A DNA stretch of 64,000 nucleotides, from the NCBI GenBank assembly GCA_001600815.1, contig BCKZ01000004.1:1205566-1269565 (forward strand), in the 5' to 3' direction. Below, piece after piece: positions 50,349 through 63,418 of this stretch (positions are counted from its first letter, which is position 1; the number at the start of each line of letters is the position of its first letter). The stretch comes from Alloascoidea hylecoeti (Eukaryota). The notes beneath the pieces were generated by a model that ran no database searches, was not told the DNA's origin, and saw only the letters and a list, made by a program, of their open reading frames with translations. The translations under genes were made by a program, and so were the position numbers.

Positions 50349-53120
50349 TTATAAAAATTTTAATTTAAATTCTTGTCTTAAATTTGGAATATCCTCATCA
50401 TGTTCACCATTTCCATTTTCTAAATCATTATATAATCCTGAAAATTTTTCATAAATATGATGAATAAAAACATCTGAAAAACTCCAAATATTAAAATGAT
50501 CATCAATAACCCATCCTAAAACAAATTTATTAGAATTAAATGTTTGAATTTTAAATGTTGATAAATCAATAACTAAGAATTGATAATGTCTTGAAGATGC
50601 AAATGATGGTATAAGAGAAGTTTGATTATTCCCAGTTTCATGACGATGTAAAGAAGTTGCAGGAAGTAGATTTTGAAGTAATGGTAATATATCAGGAGTA
50701 TTTGGCGTAGTGGAGGTTTCTGGTGTAAAATAATTTGAATTACCATCAATGCTAACGCTAACTCCGCTGGATTCAGAAGCTGATGACACTCTTGATAATT
50801 GTGACGGTGAAAAGTTAAGTCGTGCATTTGGTGAACTACGTTCAGAAGATAAAGACTCTGAATTTTTTTCATCAGGATTCAATAAAGAAGATTGTTCTCC
50901 AGAATTTGGATACATTAAATTATAAACAAATAAAAACCGTTCATCTGGTGAAATATTTAAAGAATATGGATTTTTAGCATTTATGAAATCAATTGTATGA
51001 ATGTTTAAACTTAGAGCTTCAACAGATGTGTTTATAAGAAAAGGTAATGGTGTTGGTGGTATATCATCTTCACCAGAATTGGTATCAACAGCCTTACTAT
51101 TAATATTAATATCAGTTTTATCATCATTGTTAAGATTTTGTTTTGTAGTAGTAATTTTAAACTTGTCTCTAATATATGAAACATAATTCATAATTTCATC
51201 AACTTTTTTAAAATTAATAAATTTATCCTGAGTATTAACATTAAATAAAGATTCATATTCATCCATTTTATTATCCATTTTACCTATTAATTCTTCAACT
51301 TTAACAAAATTTATACCTTTTGATTCAGTCCAAATTAAATGATTTGAAGTTAAAATCATTTCAGATGATGTTTCAATACCTAATTTTATAAAATTTTTTA
51401 TCATTCCAAGAATTTTTCCATTTTCTTGATTTAAAATTATTAAATGATAATGTTGATAAAAATCATAATTATATTCAGTTCCTGAAAGACGATTATAATT
51501 ATAATTATGACGACGATGATTATGATTATGACGATGACTACGACCACGAGATCTATGATATCGTCTATTATCATTTGTTTGTGATTGTGATTCTGTGTTA
51601 ATTTCTGGTACAGGTCTCATTTGTTGTTGTGCTTGTCTAAAAACAGTTTCTGAATTATTTCTGGATATGGAATTAGGAAATGAAAATGAAATTGCATTTA
51701 AAGCTCTATAAAATGATTTTTGAGGTACAAGAGCAAATATAAAGAATTCATTAGCAACTATTTTTGTTAAACAACTCTTAGAAATATTTCGATTTATATC
51801 AGACATAAAATTAAAAGTTGTTATCCATTTCCAATCACAAAATGAAACTTTTCCATCATTTTTTAGATTATTAATATTATTATTATTACTATTATCAGTT
51901 GAATTAATAGTATTATTATTTTTACTATTATTATTATTCAATACTTGACTATATTGATTTGTATATCCATATATTTTAGTTTGTATTATAGAATCTTCAC
52001 TATTATCTTGTGATTTGATAAATTCTGGGGAAGCAATAAAAACATCATCTTCTACAACACAACATTTATCTATTACAATAGGTGTTTTGAAATTCCAACA
52101 ATTAGCACTATAATAATTCATTGCACTTGTACTAACAATTTTATTTACAATGGAATAAAGTTGCTCAAATTCAAAATTAAACCTTGCAAGCTCTTCTGGA
52201 CCAAGTGCTTCAATAGTGCTTAGTATTTGATTATAGGTATTGTTATTATTGTGGTTACGTCTATCAAGTGTGTAGTCAAAAGATGCTGTTATCGATCCAT
52301 TGTTGAATGTATTTTTGTTGACAACATAATCGTGTGGAAGGGATTTTAACTTGATAATACCCTTTTTAAAATCAAACATTAGGTCTTTATCTCTTTTCTT
52401 AATCCCATTAATTATGAACTTCAATTTAGGCTTTAGGCATTTTTTAATCGGTTTTTGTTCTAATATATTATTTGAAGTATTTGATATATCATTCTTTTGT
52501 TGCTTTTTATGATCACGATGGCCATGATGTCGTTGACATTTAAATGATTGTAAATAACAAGTACCAGATCCTAAAGCAAATAAAGGAGAAAAACTATTTG
52601 TAGGTAATTTATCACAATTCCATTTTAATGTAACATCTTTGAAATGATCATCTGTAAAATCTCTAGAATGGAAACATCGTATTTTAAATTTTTCAATTTG
52701 TGACATGTCCATTACCATTTGATCAGGATCTTCCATTAAAGATGATTTATTATCATTTTTTAGTTGTAAATTTTTATTCATCTTATTTGAATCAAGTGTA
52801 TGAAGGAATTTTTGAATAGATGTGTATTTGGTTATTATTCCTTCTCTATGAGCAAGGTCAACTTTTAAAGCCGTAATTAAAGCCTTTTGTGTTTCAACAC
52901 CAACATTATTTTTAAATCTTCTTACTTGATGTTTTGCTATTGGGTTTTCATAATATAAAGAATTTAATAATAGATGTATATTTTCTTGATATCTATGATA
53001 AAAGAACTGAGATATGGCAATAAAATTTAATAAATCCCGGATCGAAAGGAACTTTGAAATGTTGAAAATGATATCTTCTGGAAGGGTTGTAACATCATAA
53101 TTAGTTGTAATCTCCGTCAT
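50349..53120 (-). CDS. F-box domain protein, substrate unknown
   Basis: 923-aa ORF with an N-terminal F-box (LPEDIIFNISKFLSIRDLLNF). Confidence 0.75.
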   Translation of the reverse strand: MTEITTNYDVTTLPEDIIFNISKFLSIRDLLNFIAISQFFYHRYQENIHLLLNSLYYENPIAKHQVRRFKNNVGVETQKALITALKVDLAHREGIITKYTSIQKFLHTLDSNKMNKNLQLKNDNKSSLMEDPDQMVMDMSQIEKFKIRCFHSRDFTDDHFKDVTLKWNCDKLPTNSFSPLFALGSGTCYLQSFKCQRHHGHRDHKKQQKNDISNTSNNILEQKPIKKCLKPKLKFIINGIKKRDKDLMFDFKKGIIKLKSLPHDYVVNKNTFNNGSITASFDYTLDRRNHNNNNTYNQILSTIEALGPEELARFNFEFEQLYSIVNKIVSTSAMNYYSANCWNFKTPIVIDKCCVVEDDVFIASPEFIKSQDNSEDSIIQTKIYGYTNQYSQVLNNNNSKNNNTINSTDNSNNNNINNLKNDGKVSFCDWKWITTFNFMSDINRNISKSCLTKIVANEFFIFALVPQKSFYRALNAISFSFPNSISRNNSETVFRQAQQQMRPVPEINTESQSQTNDNRRYHRSRGRSHRHNHNHRRHNYNYNRLSGTEYNYDFYQHYHLIILNQENGKILGMIKNFIKLGIETSSEMILTSNHLIWTESKGINFVKVEELIGKMDNKMDEYESLFNVNTQDKFINFKKVDEIMNYVSYIRDKFKITTTKQNLNNDDKTDININSKAVDTNSGEDDIPPTPLPFLINTSVEALSLNIHTIDFINAKNPYSLNISPDERFLFVYNLMYPNSGEQSSLLNPDEKNSESLSSERSSPNARLNFSPSQLSRVSSASESSGVSVSIDGNSNYFTPETSTTPNTPDILPLLQNLLPATSLHRHETGNNQTSLIPSFASSRHYQFLVIDLSTFKIQTFNSNKFVLGWVIDDHFNIWSFSDVFIHHIYEKFSGLYNDLENGNGEHDEDIPNLRQEFKLKFL

Positions 53121-55495
53121 TCGAAACTAAAAAGATGTAATAAATGAATAATGAGGAAAAGGAACTGAAAAACGGAGATGATTGAATGTTTTGTGATTGT
53201 GTATTGAAATCCATTCGCCCACTGATGCGTCGAATCATGCTTTAGTTGGTAATGCTAAGAATTACGGCCATACAAAAACTAAACTGAATAATAAACTGAA
53301 TACAATTATTTCTATGGAGGAAAAAAAAGAAATTTATTCTGAATTAGATATTGAAATTAGAGACAAATGTTTTTGGCATTTGATTTGCAAAGTTAGATAG
53401 CATTTTGGGTTTGTTTTTTGAAGTGTTGTTAACATGTATCTCTTTCTAACACTAAATAACATATGAGATCACATTCTTTTACAAGTTCTCTCCATTTCAT
53501 GAAACATTGTAAGTGGTATTGATATCGATCTCGATAAATATTAAACTCAAAACTCTTACACAATATTAATATTATAATAGCTTATAACTAAGTTTATTAC
53601 GGGTTGTATTTGAAACCATGAACAATAGATCTAAATGTTCCGAAATTGTTTCGATACCATATATAATTATAATTAATCTAAGGGAATAACACAATTAACA
53701 GTCAGTTTTAATTAGCTAATTGTGGATATATTGCGATACTCACGAACACTAAACCATGGACCGATATGAATAATATTTGTAAGTTTAGTAGTGCCACTTA
53801 TATTTAGCACATGTAGTAAGATTTATTCAATAGGTTAATCAGCTTTCAATTCCAAAGAATACTTTATATTTACTGACAATCCGTATGTTACAACTGGATC
53901 ATGATCAAGATTAAACGCTTTTTCTCGGATACCATTCCAAAGACTCACATTAGAGCCCTCGAGTATCTAAAAATGAGTGGATATAGAATATTCCCGGCAT
54001 GTAAAGGGCTTTTTCTGAATGCCAAGAACCAAAGGAACAGAATGATATGGTCTAACCATAGCCTGGAATGGTGTTGTACTAATTTCGGCCGCTACAGGAT
54101 GGATCGGGGTCCGAGGAGCAGTCATTACACTTAATTTCGTCCGTTCTTATTATTAATTATCCGCCATCCCTTAACTAGTTTTCGGACGGGTTTGGCACCC
54201 GAAGCTGTTCCATAATCCTGGTCATACCGGTAATAATGCGAACAAAACTTAGTTTTGGAGATGGCCGATGATTGGTAGTGAAAATGGCCAAAAGTAAGTG
54301 AAATAACTTTATAATATCAGGTAGCCAGAATTTATAAATCTGATGGCATGGACTAAGTACTTCACTATAAAGATGTAGAGTGACTAGGGATCCTGATTCC
54401 TAACCTATGGCCTGTAGAACGGAAGCCGTTTAAATCATGTATGACGTCGATGTTAAGGGCGCTAATCGCCGCTAATAATAATAGTAACAATATTTTGAAG
54501 GCTTTTATTGCTACCCAGTAACATGTGCAAAAGTAAAGCGCAGTTTAATCTTAATTGTGACCTAGCTGTTCGCTTAATTTCAGGCCTTTTGAATTAAATG
54601 TCGACGAACAATACACATCTTTCTTCATTAAAGTTATAGTTCGCATTACGTAGTTTTTATTGTCTTGATATTATAAACAGACATTTCCAAATATAAATAC
54701 ATATAATCAGATTATGATTTTCAAATTATTCGCTATTAGTTTCCTCTAAAAAATAAGAATCTCGCGATATATATATCGATATATCAACATCGCATCAAGA
54801 TCTTGACACGTGATACGCTGATTTGATCATGAATGATTCTCGATGGCTACGGGATAGACTAAATATTTGTGTCGGTTATTGTCTTTTGAATGGTTCACAT
54901 TCAGTGGTGGTCCAAACCCAAATATTGTGAGGATGTGATTTTGTGTCCTGAAACAGCTTTGCCGAATATTTAGTGTGTTTAGCCCAAACGGTGTTAACTA
55001 CTGTATTAGTCACCTTCATAATTACAAAATTATTATTGTGTTCCTAATTAAATAATAAGATCGCTTATTACTTCTATTTATCCCAAGATTTTCCATCTCG
55101 GGCCGATTAGAAGGCGCCTTATCTTAATGAAAATTTACCTGAAGGGTAACGTTGAAAAGAAAAGTTCTAAATTTGTATGTGATATCTATTAGTATACCAT
55201 TATGGATTAAGAGGATGTTTATGCTGAATTTTGTTATATCCGATCGGAATCAAATTAAGATTAAGTGAAAAAATTTATAGTTTGTTCAACGTTCAAGTTT
55301 TTATAATTAACGTTTCTTTTTTATTATTTGACGTAAGCTTACTCTTTTACACTATAGATATAGAGGTGCACATGTGTGTTGGTGAAATTTTTTATATCAT
55401 CGCATAAATGGATTGAACATTTATAAAGAAGGTCAATTTCCCCTATTAATTAAATTAAAATAGATATACAAAAACTTACTATACAACTGAAAAAT

Positions 55496-56584
55496 ATGAC
55501 ATATCCAGAAAATTTCCAAGGTTTTGCTGTTACATCAAGTAAAGAATGGAATAAAGTTTCTAAAATATCGTATATACCGAAACCATTTGATGATTATGAT
55601 ATTGATATTGAAATTGAATGTTGTGGTGTTTGTGGATCAGATTGTCATACAGTAAGAGAAAGCTGGAGACCTGGTAATTTCCCATTAGTAGTTGGACATG
55701 AAATAATTGGTAAAGTAATTGCAATTGGTTCAAAATCAAAATTAGGCATTAAAATTGGTGATCGAGTTGGTGTTGGTGCTCAAGCATGGTCATGTTTAAA
55801 TTGTACAAGATGTAAAAATGGTAATGAATCTTATTGTTCAAAATCAATTAAAACTTATAATGGGAAATATCCAAATTTTAATAATATTGTTTCACAAGGT
55901 GGTTATGCTTCACATGTTAGAATTCATGAACATTTTGTATTTCCAATACCTGATGGAATTGAATCAATTCATGCTGCTCCATTAATGTGTGCAGGATTAA
56001 CTGTTTACTCACCATTAGTTAGAAATAATGTTGGAAAAGGAAAAACAGTTGGTATAATTGGAATTGGTGGTCTTGGACATTTAGCAATTATGTTAGCAAA
56101 AGCATTAGGAGCAGAAGTTTATGCAATTTCAAGAACAAATTCAAAAGAATTAGAAGCTTCAAAAATGGGATCAAATGGTTTTATTGCAACAAATGAACAA
56201 AATTGGTCTTTAAATTATAATGATAAATTTGATTTATTATTAAATTGTGCTTCTGGTTTATCAGGATTAGATTTAAATTCTTTTATTTCAACATTAAAAA
56301 TTCATGGAAAATTTATATCTGTTGGTTTACCATCAAAAGATGAAACTTTTACAGTTTCTCCTGCAACATTAATAAGAAATGGATCATTTATTGGAAGTTC
56401 TGCATTAGGTAACAGACAAGAAGCATTAGATATGCTTAAACTTTGTGATGAAAATGGAATTAAACCATGGGTTGAAACTGTTCAAATTAGTGAAGATGGT
56501 TGTTCACAAGTTTTAACAAGGTGTAATAATAGTGATGTTAAGTATAGATTTACTTTAACTGGTTATGATAAGGCTTTTAAATAA
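55496..56584 (+). CDS. NADPH-dependent zinc alcohol dehydrogenase (cinnamyl ADH family, ADH6/ADH7-like)
   Basis: CGVCGSD, VGHEIIG, the structural Zn Cys cluster, AAPLMCAGLTVYSPL, GIGGLGH and DVKYRFTL. Confidence 0.92.
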   Translation: MTYPENFQGFAVTSSKEWNKVSKISYIPKPFDDYDIDIEIECCGVCGSDCHTVRESWRPGNFPLVVGHEIIGKVIAIGSKSKLGIKIGDRVGVGAQAWSCLNCTRCKNGNESYCSKSIKTYNGKYPNFNNIVSQGGYASHVRIHEHFVFPIPDGIESIHAAPLMCAGLTVYSPLVRNNVGKGKTVGIIGIGGLGHLAIMLAKALGAEVYAISRTNSKELEASKMGSNGFIATNEQNWSLNYNDKFDLLLNCASGLSGLDLNSFISTLKIHGKFISVGLPSKDETFTVSPATLIRNGSFIGSSALGNRQEALDMLKLCDENGIKPWVETVQISEDGCSQVLTRCNNSDVKYRFTLTGYDKAFK

Positions 56585-58047
56585 ATTATATTAACTCATG
56601 ATCATGATCATCTTCGATTGATGTTTATTAATATATCATTTTATTTAATTACTTAACATTTAAAGGATTATTCATATATATATATATATATATAAGAAAA
56701 CAGTTTAATTTATTTATTCAGGTTGGGATAACGATAAAAGCTTTAAAAATGGATGTGGAAAATCATCATATAATACGTCCCGTTACCGTATTCGGTGTTC
56801 AATAACGATAACGATATCGATGCGATACGGAATATCTATAGAAAATAATATTATTAATCAATCAATTTCAATTGGACAATGTACAAAAAACTTTCAGGAT
56901 ATAATGATCTTTTAATTTAAAATTGAAAATGGGAACAACGGAATAACATTTAAATATCATTATATCCTTATAATTAAGTGTTCACTCTTCCGAAAAATTT
57001 AAAAATGGTCATTTTTCATCCTAGATTTATTTAATGCATATTTGGTCATGAACTTCAAGTAGTTAGTTATCTATTTTTTTGGATTCTAATTTTTGATTAA
57101 TAACGAATCAATACAATTCAAAATCGATTATTAATATTTTATATTCCGGAAATTTTAATAGAGATAAGAAACAGGATTAAAATATCATAATAATAATTAA
57201 AGCTTTAATTAACATTGAAGTCTGAAGATCTGAAATTTAAATGTAAATTATATATTTTTATTTAATTTTCAATCAGTTGTTACTTTTCAATTATATTGTA
57301 ATATTTTTGATTTCTCGAAGTTTAAGCTTAAATATTAACTGATAATGTTTATGTCAATATGTATAATTATTAATAAATCTCCACTGTAAGCTTAAAGAAG
57401 GTAAAAAACAACAATGAAAAATTAAAAGAATGATTCAAAAGTAAATTTAAATTTTTTAAGAATGAATGAAATAATTAGAGCTATAGTAAAGTTAACCATA
57501 CTTTTTAAAAATATAAAATTATATGTAATATAAAAATTTTAAAAGAATATGATTAATAATAATAATAAAAACATATAAGTATATTTTTGATGATAAAATA
57601 TAATTTACAAAACTCATTCTTCATTTTTTATCATCTTAAGCTTAAGCATTAAGAAGCCCCTTAATAATTAATAATAAATTATAAAATAAAACAAAAATGT
57701 AAAGAAACAAATTGAAAAGAAAAAGAAAACAAAAATGTAAATGTAAATGTAAAAATAATTGTTAAAAGACAGATATAAAATCAAATGACTTTATTCACTA
57801 ATAATTGATGATAAAAATGAATATAAATAGATAATATCAAAAAAAAGACAAAAAAACTTCCTTTATCATCATATTTCTCAAGAAAAAAGAAGAAAAAAAA
57901 GCAATATTAACCCCGAATAAAACTAAAACATCAACATCATAACCAAAACCAAAAAAATCAAAATATTGCTTTTTCCCCTTCTTCTTCCTCTTCTTTTTTT
58001 TTATTTTTTATTTTTTATTTTTTTCTTGATTAATTTTGTAATTGTAA

Positions 58048-60249
58048 TTATATAACACCAATGTTTATATTATTATGATTATAACCCATAAATAAATTAT
58101 CTTGTTGTAAATTTTGATAATTTACATCCATTTCAAATGATGATGATAAATCTTGATAATTTAATTCATCTTTAACAATTCCATAATCATAAGAATTATC
58201 ATTTAAATTTCCATTACTATTTCCATTATTATTATTTGAATTATTATTTTTATTTAATGATGTAAAAGATGGAATCATATCATTTAAAAAATCATCACAA
58301 AGTTGAAATTGTTCCAATGGATCAACATTATAAATATTTCCTAAATTTTGTTGTTGTTGTTGTTGTTGTTGAATATTTATCCGTTTATATTCCTCTTTTT
58401 TTAATTCATGTTGTTTATTTATTAAAATTAAATCATTACTTAATGGAGAATCATGATCATTATTATCATGTTCATGATCTGAATTTATTGTTGAACTTGG
58501 TAACGATGAAAATGATGAACCACTTTGAATACTTTGTCCTGATTCTGATGGTGAAATTGAAATTGTTGGAGATAATGAATTTTGTTTTTTTTGATCATCA
58601 AGTTTAATTTCATGATCTTCTTGATTATGATCATTCATATTTGAAAGTTCATTAAGAAATTCATTTTCTTGTTTTATTTCTTGTTTAATATTAATTTCAT
58701 GTTGTTTTAAATTTTTTGAAATTGATCTTCTTTTATGTTTATTCAATCTATAATTTAAATGTACTTCATTATTATCATTTAAATTTAAATTCCTTTCTTT
58801 TTTACTTTTACATTCTCTAATCATCCCTTTACATTCCCCATTTTCTAAATGTTTTAAAATCCATTCTTCATTACTTTTAAAACATTCTAAGCAACTTGCA
58901 CATCTACCACTTGTATTTTTTCTATCATTTGATTTTGTACCTGGAGGATATAAAAAATGTAATGCTTTTAAATGAGTTTTATATGTATCTCTTCTACAAA
59001 AATCACCACTTTGATGACATGGTGAAGATGCATTTGGATCATAATATGGACAATGAAAAGCTTTTATTTTATCATGTTTTTTCATATGTCGGGTAAGATA
59101 ACCTTTTACTCTAAAAGTCGATGAACATCTTGGACATTTATAAATTTTTGTATCACGGAATAATAAAATTGATGGATTTTGATGACTCATTCTTTGATTT
59201 TGATTTTGATTTAGGTGATGATTTTGATGTTGATGTAATGGTCTTTGTTGTTGAATTAAATGATATGATTGATTAGGATGTGGATGTGGATGTGGATGTG
59301 GATGTGGATGTGATTGTGATTGTTGTATAATTGAATTATTATATAATTGGGGATTAAGATCCATATTATTTAAATTATTATTAATATTCATATTCATATT
59401 TATATTATTATTAATATCTTGTTGTTGTTGTTGTTGATAATTCATTATAATTGGATGTTGCTGTTGTTGTACTTGCATATTAGGTTGCATTTGTCGATGT
59501 GACATTATTTGAGATTGATCATGAGACATTTGTTGCATTTGCATTTGCATTTCCATTTCAATTTCCATTTCCATTTCCAATTCCATCTCCATATTTGTTT
59601 GAGGAATATCGATTAAATTATTGTTATTTATATTATTATTATTTAATTGATATTGATGTTGATGTTGTTGAAAATCATTTTGAATTTGATATTCATTTGA
59701 TGAAGATGATGAAAAAGAAGAAAAAGAAGTTGAAGAATCCGGAGAAACTCCATTTGATTGAATAGAATTTGAAGAAAGAATAGGGTAATTAGTATCGTAT
59801 TGTTGTTCCATTATAATTGCATCTTGCATTTGTTTTGACCAGGATGGTAAAGAATCCCACTGACAAATGGGATCAAAATCAGCATCGGTTGCACATGGAG
59901 AAGCATCAGCCGAGGTCAAAGAATTATCGACGTTGACAACACCAGGAAACAACAATCTTTTTGTTGGCCTATCATTAACATTTTGAATCTTTGAATGGTG
60001 TTGTTTTAAGTTCTTTTCCTTTGTATTCTCATTCTTGTCATGTTTAACTTTATTGAAATCCAACCCAAATTCACCGGTCACAAGAGTGACAATGTAAAAC
60101 ACCAGATCCCACGTGATGAACAAGAGGGAGCCGAAGAAAACCAGGGGGGAAAATAGGATGGAAGATAGAGAATCCTCTTGTTTCATGTTATCACCGTTTT
60201 TATGGTTCTGGCGATCGTCGTGGATGTCTCTGGTCGAACACAAAGGCAT
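58048..60249 (-). CDS. Stp1/Stp2-like C2H2 zinc finger transcription factor (SPS amino-acid sensing pathway)
   Basis: CPRCSSTFRVKGYLTRHMKKH...AFHCPY...RRDTYKTHLKALH...GRCASC, plus an N-terminal hydrophobic segment and an RLLFP motif. Confidence 0.85.
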   Translation of the reverse strand: MPLCSTRDIHDDRQNHKNGDNMKQEDSLSSILFSPLVFFGSLLFITWDLVFYIVTLVTGEFGLDFNKVKHDKNENTKEKNLKQHHSKIQNVNDRPTKRLLFPGVVNVDNSLTSADASPCATDADFDPICQWDSLPSWSKQMQDAIIMEQQYDTNYPILSSNSIQSNGVSPDSSTSFSSFSSSSSNEYQIQNDFQQHQHQYQLNNNNINNNNLIDIPQTNMEMELEMEMEIEMEMQMQMQQMSHDQSQIMSHRQMQPNMQVQQQQHPIIMNYQQQQQQDINNNINMNMNINNNLNNMDLNPQLYNNSIIQQSQSHPHPHPHPHPHPNQSYHLIQQQRPLHQHQNHHLNQNQNQRMSHQNPSILLFRDTKIYKCPRCSSTFRVKGYLTRHMKKHDKIKAFHCPYYDPNASSPCHQSGDFCRRDTYKTHLKALHFLYPPGTKSNDRKNTSGRCASCLECFKSNEEWILKHLENGECKGMIRECKSKKERNLNLNDNNEVHLNYRLNKHKRRSISKNLKQHEINIKQEIKQENEFLNELSNMNDHNQEDHEIKLDDQKKQNSLSPTISISPSESGQSIQSGSSFSSLPSSTINSDHEHDNNDHDSPLSNDLILINKQHELKKEEYKRINIQQQQQQQQNLGNIYNVDPLEQFQLCDDFLNDMIPSFTSLNKNNNSNNNNGNSNGNLNDNSYDYGIVKDELNYQDLSSSFEMDVNYQNLQQDNLFMGYNHNNINIGVI

Positions 60250-60827
60250 AGTTTTTGTCAGAAAATGAAATAGGAAATGAAAAGGAAAGGAAGAAGGGAA
60301 AAAAGAAATGCAAATTCACAGAGAAAACTGGGATCTGCGTCACGTGGGAGATAACAGTAGCAGCCGGACGTTACCGGTGCCGGACGGGCGAATATCCGGG
60401 GGGTTACAGTTTGGGTTTCCGTGCGATTGCCGATCCCATTTCAGATAAGGTTTGAATAAATTGGATACCGAGCCGAAATCTTAATGCTTCTGGCTGGTTG
60501 CGAATGAATTAATCTGAGATCAGCATTTTGCTGTGAATATGCCGACAACCAGCCAGCCCAGTCGCCAGTGCCAATGCTACATCCTAGCCAGCCCGATACG
60601 GCCTGATACGAGCTCGAACCACAGGACCCACTAGCTAGCAGCTCACAGCCGGTTACAACGACTTAACAGAATGTGAATCGAGCTCGGCACGTGATGACGA
60701 GATCGAATTGCCCAATTTGCTACACCTCAATATTATTTCTCCTTTATTCTTTAAGTTTCCTGTCTTTCTTTCTTTCTTGCTATATTTATATCTATATCAA
60801 AACACCCAGCATATATCGATCTGCAAA

Positions 60828-61723
60828 ATGAATAAAATCTTATTATGGGGTGCTGGGAAAGTAAGCAGTGTTTGACATTCCAATTGCAACTTCGAGTTTC
60901 TAATCATTTATAACATTATAGGTCTTGGGAGATCGAATTAAAATAGGTGCTGGAGAAGACCCATATTATGAGGATGTAAGTTCCATCCATCTCCCTCTTA
61001 TTCTCAATATATACTAATTTTGAGGTATTGTATCATTGTTTAAGATCCCAGTTGAAGAATTAGGTAGGAAAAAACCAGGTTCAAAAAGAAAAAGAAAAAT
61101 ACCTGATGGATTATCACATCATGATGCCAAAATTTTAAAAAAAGTAAGAAGTAGAGCCTATTGTCTTGATTTATCATTATCTTGTTGTTGTGGTTGTAAA
61201 TTAGGTTGGGCTGGTGTTATTGGTTTAATACCTTTGTAAGTTAAATTGTTCATTATAATATTGAAACAATGTAATATAAAACTAACTTTATTGTTATATT
61301 ATTAGTATTGGTGATTTTATTGCAGTACTATTAGCTTTTCGTCTTTTAAGATTAGCTGAAAAAATTGAAGGTGGTCTCCCACCAATGATTCGAGCAGAAA
61401 TGTTAATGAATATATCATTAGATTTTGGTCTTGGTTTAATTCCAATTATTGGTGATTTAATTAATATTGCTTATAAATGTAATAGTCGGAATAGTTTATT
61501 ATTAGAACGATATTTAACAAAGAAAGCTGCTCAAATAACTGGAAATTCACAATCACAATCACAAAATCAAAATGGTATTTTAAATTCATTGTCAAATAAA
61601 GATGATGGGAGAAATGGTGCTCATTTAAGTGATGAAGATATTGTTCAACCACAGGGGGTTTATAGAAGTAATGATAATACAAATCCTCGAAAAAAAGATC
61701 CTTATAGTCATTCAGTTGTATAG
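60828..61723 (+). CDS. DUF4112-family membrane protein; 4 exons: 60828-60860, 60922-60975, 61045-61235, 61306-61723
   Basis: EDPYYE...KKVRSRAYCLD...GWAGVIGLIPFIGD...MLMNISLDFGLGLIPIIGDLINIAYKCNSRN. The GT-AG introns preserve the frame. Confidence 0.85.
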
Positions 61724-61899
61724 GGATAAATTTAAAATTTATATTAATGTTCTAGGTTATTGATTTTATTCATTATAGCTATAATATATATCTCCTATAG
61801 TTATATTATTTTATCCATTGTTATATCAATAATTTGACATCCAGGTATCTATATACGAATTATAAGAAAATGCAGGGTACACAATTAACTGCATTGTTC

Positions 61900-62100
61900 A
61901 TTTGAAACTGATTTCAAATCTAAAAATAATTCCAATCCGAATTTTTAAAATATCAATATTATCTTTCAACGATTTAGTTAGTCTACAACAATACTTAGTT
62001 ATCAACAATTTCTATTTAAATCAAAAAATAAAACAAAATTTAGAACAATATTTGAAAACACAACAACAAATTGATCTAGATCTTAAATCTTTATAATTAA
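61900..62100 (+). pseudogene. Possible decayed F-box gene fragment
   Basis: IPIRIFKISILSFNDLVSL weakly resembles an F-box. Confidence 0.2.
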
Positions 62101-63186
62101 GTTTAAAACATATATATTAATGTTGATAAATTGATTATTTATAATTAGGAATTAATAAGTAGTAAAAATTATAAATGATCCGGATCCTGTAATGGCTGAA
62201 CATTCATCTTTGATATTTTAACGTTAAATAGCTCATCAAACGTATACACAGAGGAAACTTTTCAAAATTGGATTTAATACCCTTCCAATAAACTTTCCAA
62301 GCTTTTTAATTCGAGCATCAGCATGTGCTGTATACTAGAAGAGTAATTATTAGTAAGATATATATTTTTTAAAGTGAACTATGCCATTGAAAGGTTAATA
62401 TTATGTCTATTTCCCCTAATTGAAAAAAAAAAAACCTATATTCCATATTTCAATGTTGGAATTTCTTTTTAGAATTATTAAAATTACTTAAAAAATCACT
62501 CAATCAAAAGTTTATAATTAAAAAAAGATGGTAGTTTTTCCGGGCAGACGCCGACTATAAAATATAGTGTAACTTTAACCTACAACCCGGTAACGTTCTA
62601 CTAATACATTTCTTAATTACCATTGTATTTTAAAAAAGAAGTTCCGATGTGTTTTGCTTGATGATTCAGCTAATGGAACCATTATTGACCTTAACGAGAA
62701 TGAACCCCAACAATATATATGAATCTAAACCAATCAGTAATCATATCTTGTGAAGCCTTGTAATATGGTGCTACATGTAACTATAGCCGGCCATCTTTCT
62801 TCATCATTTGCAAAATCTGTGTAACATTAATACATATAAATTATGTTATACAGCAATTCCACTAAATTTAAGCCACACGATTGACTAAATGTTAGGCCAT
62901 GCTGATTACATTACCTTTACTCTCAATTGAACACTAAATTAAAGAAGATATAATTACACTCCATCAGATTGAGAAGATTTCAATATGCCTGATAATTGTG
63001 TTTAATAAACTTTTTTGTATATTTTTTTTTTAAAAAAAGTCAAGTAACTCTCTAGATCTGTAATACGTACTATTTTTTTATACGTTTTCTTTCCATGCCA
63101 TCAAACCAACCGAGGAATAGCCTCTAAATTAAAATATAATACATTTCTCTAAGTGGCCCAAGTCTAATAATCAATTTTTTCCCTAT

Positions 63187-63418
63187 TGTAGGACCTAATA
63201 ATCGATTCATCCGGTGGGTATCTACCCACAACCTGTGTATATCCTTATTGACAAACCTGGTGTGTGCGGAAGGTCACTGGAGATCTCTTACCAAGGGTGG
63301 TCAGACTTAATAAAATACGAGAAAAATGAAGAGAAAAAAAGGACCTATTCATATGGGGAAAATACTAATTAACTAAATAGGCTTAAAAGCAGTACCATAT
63401 GTTTCTAACGGTTATACA
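63187..63418. mobile_element. Possible solo LTR (232 bp)
   Basis: TGTA...TACA termini, GC-richer than flanks and similar in size to the 32637 LTR, but no target-site duplication (cctat/gtcat). Confidence 0.25.
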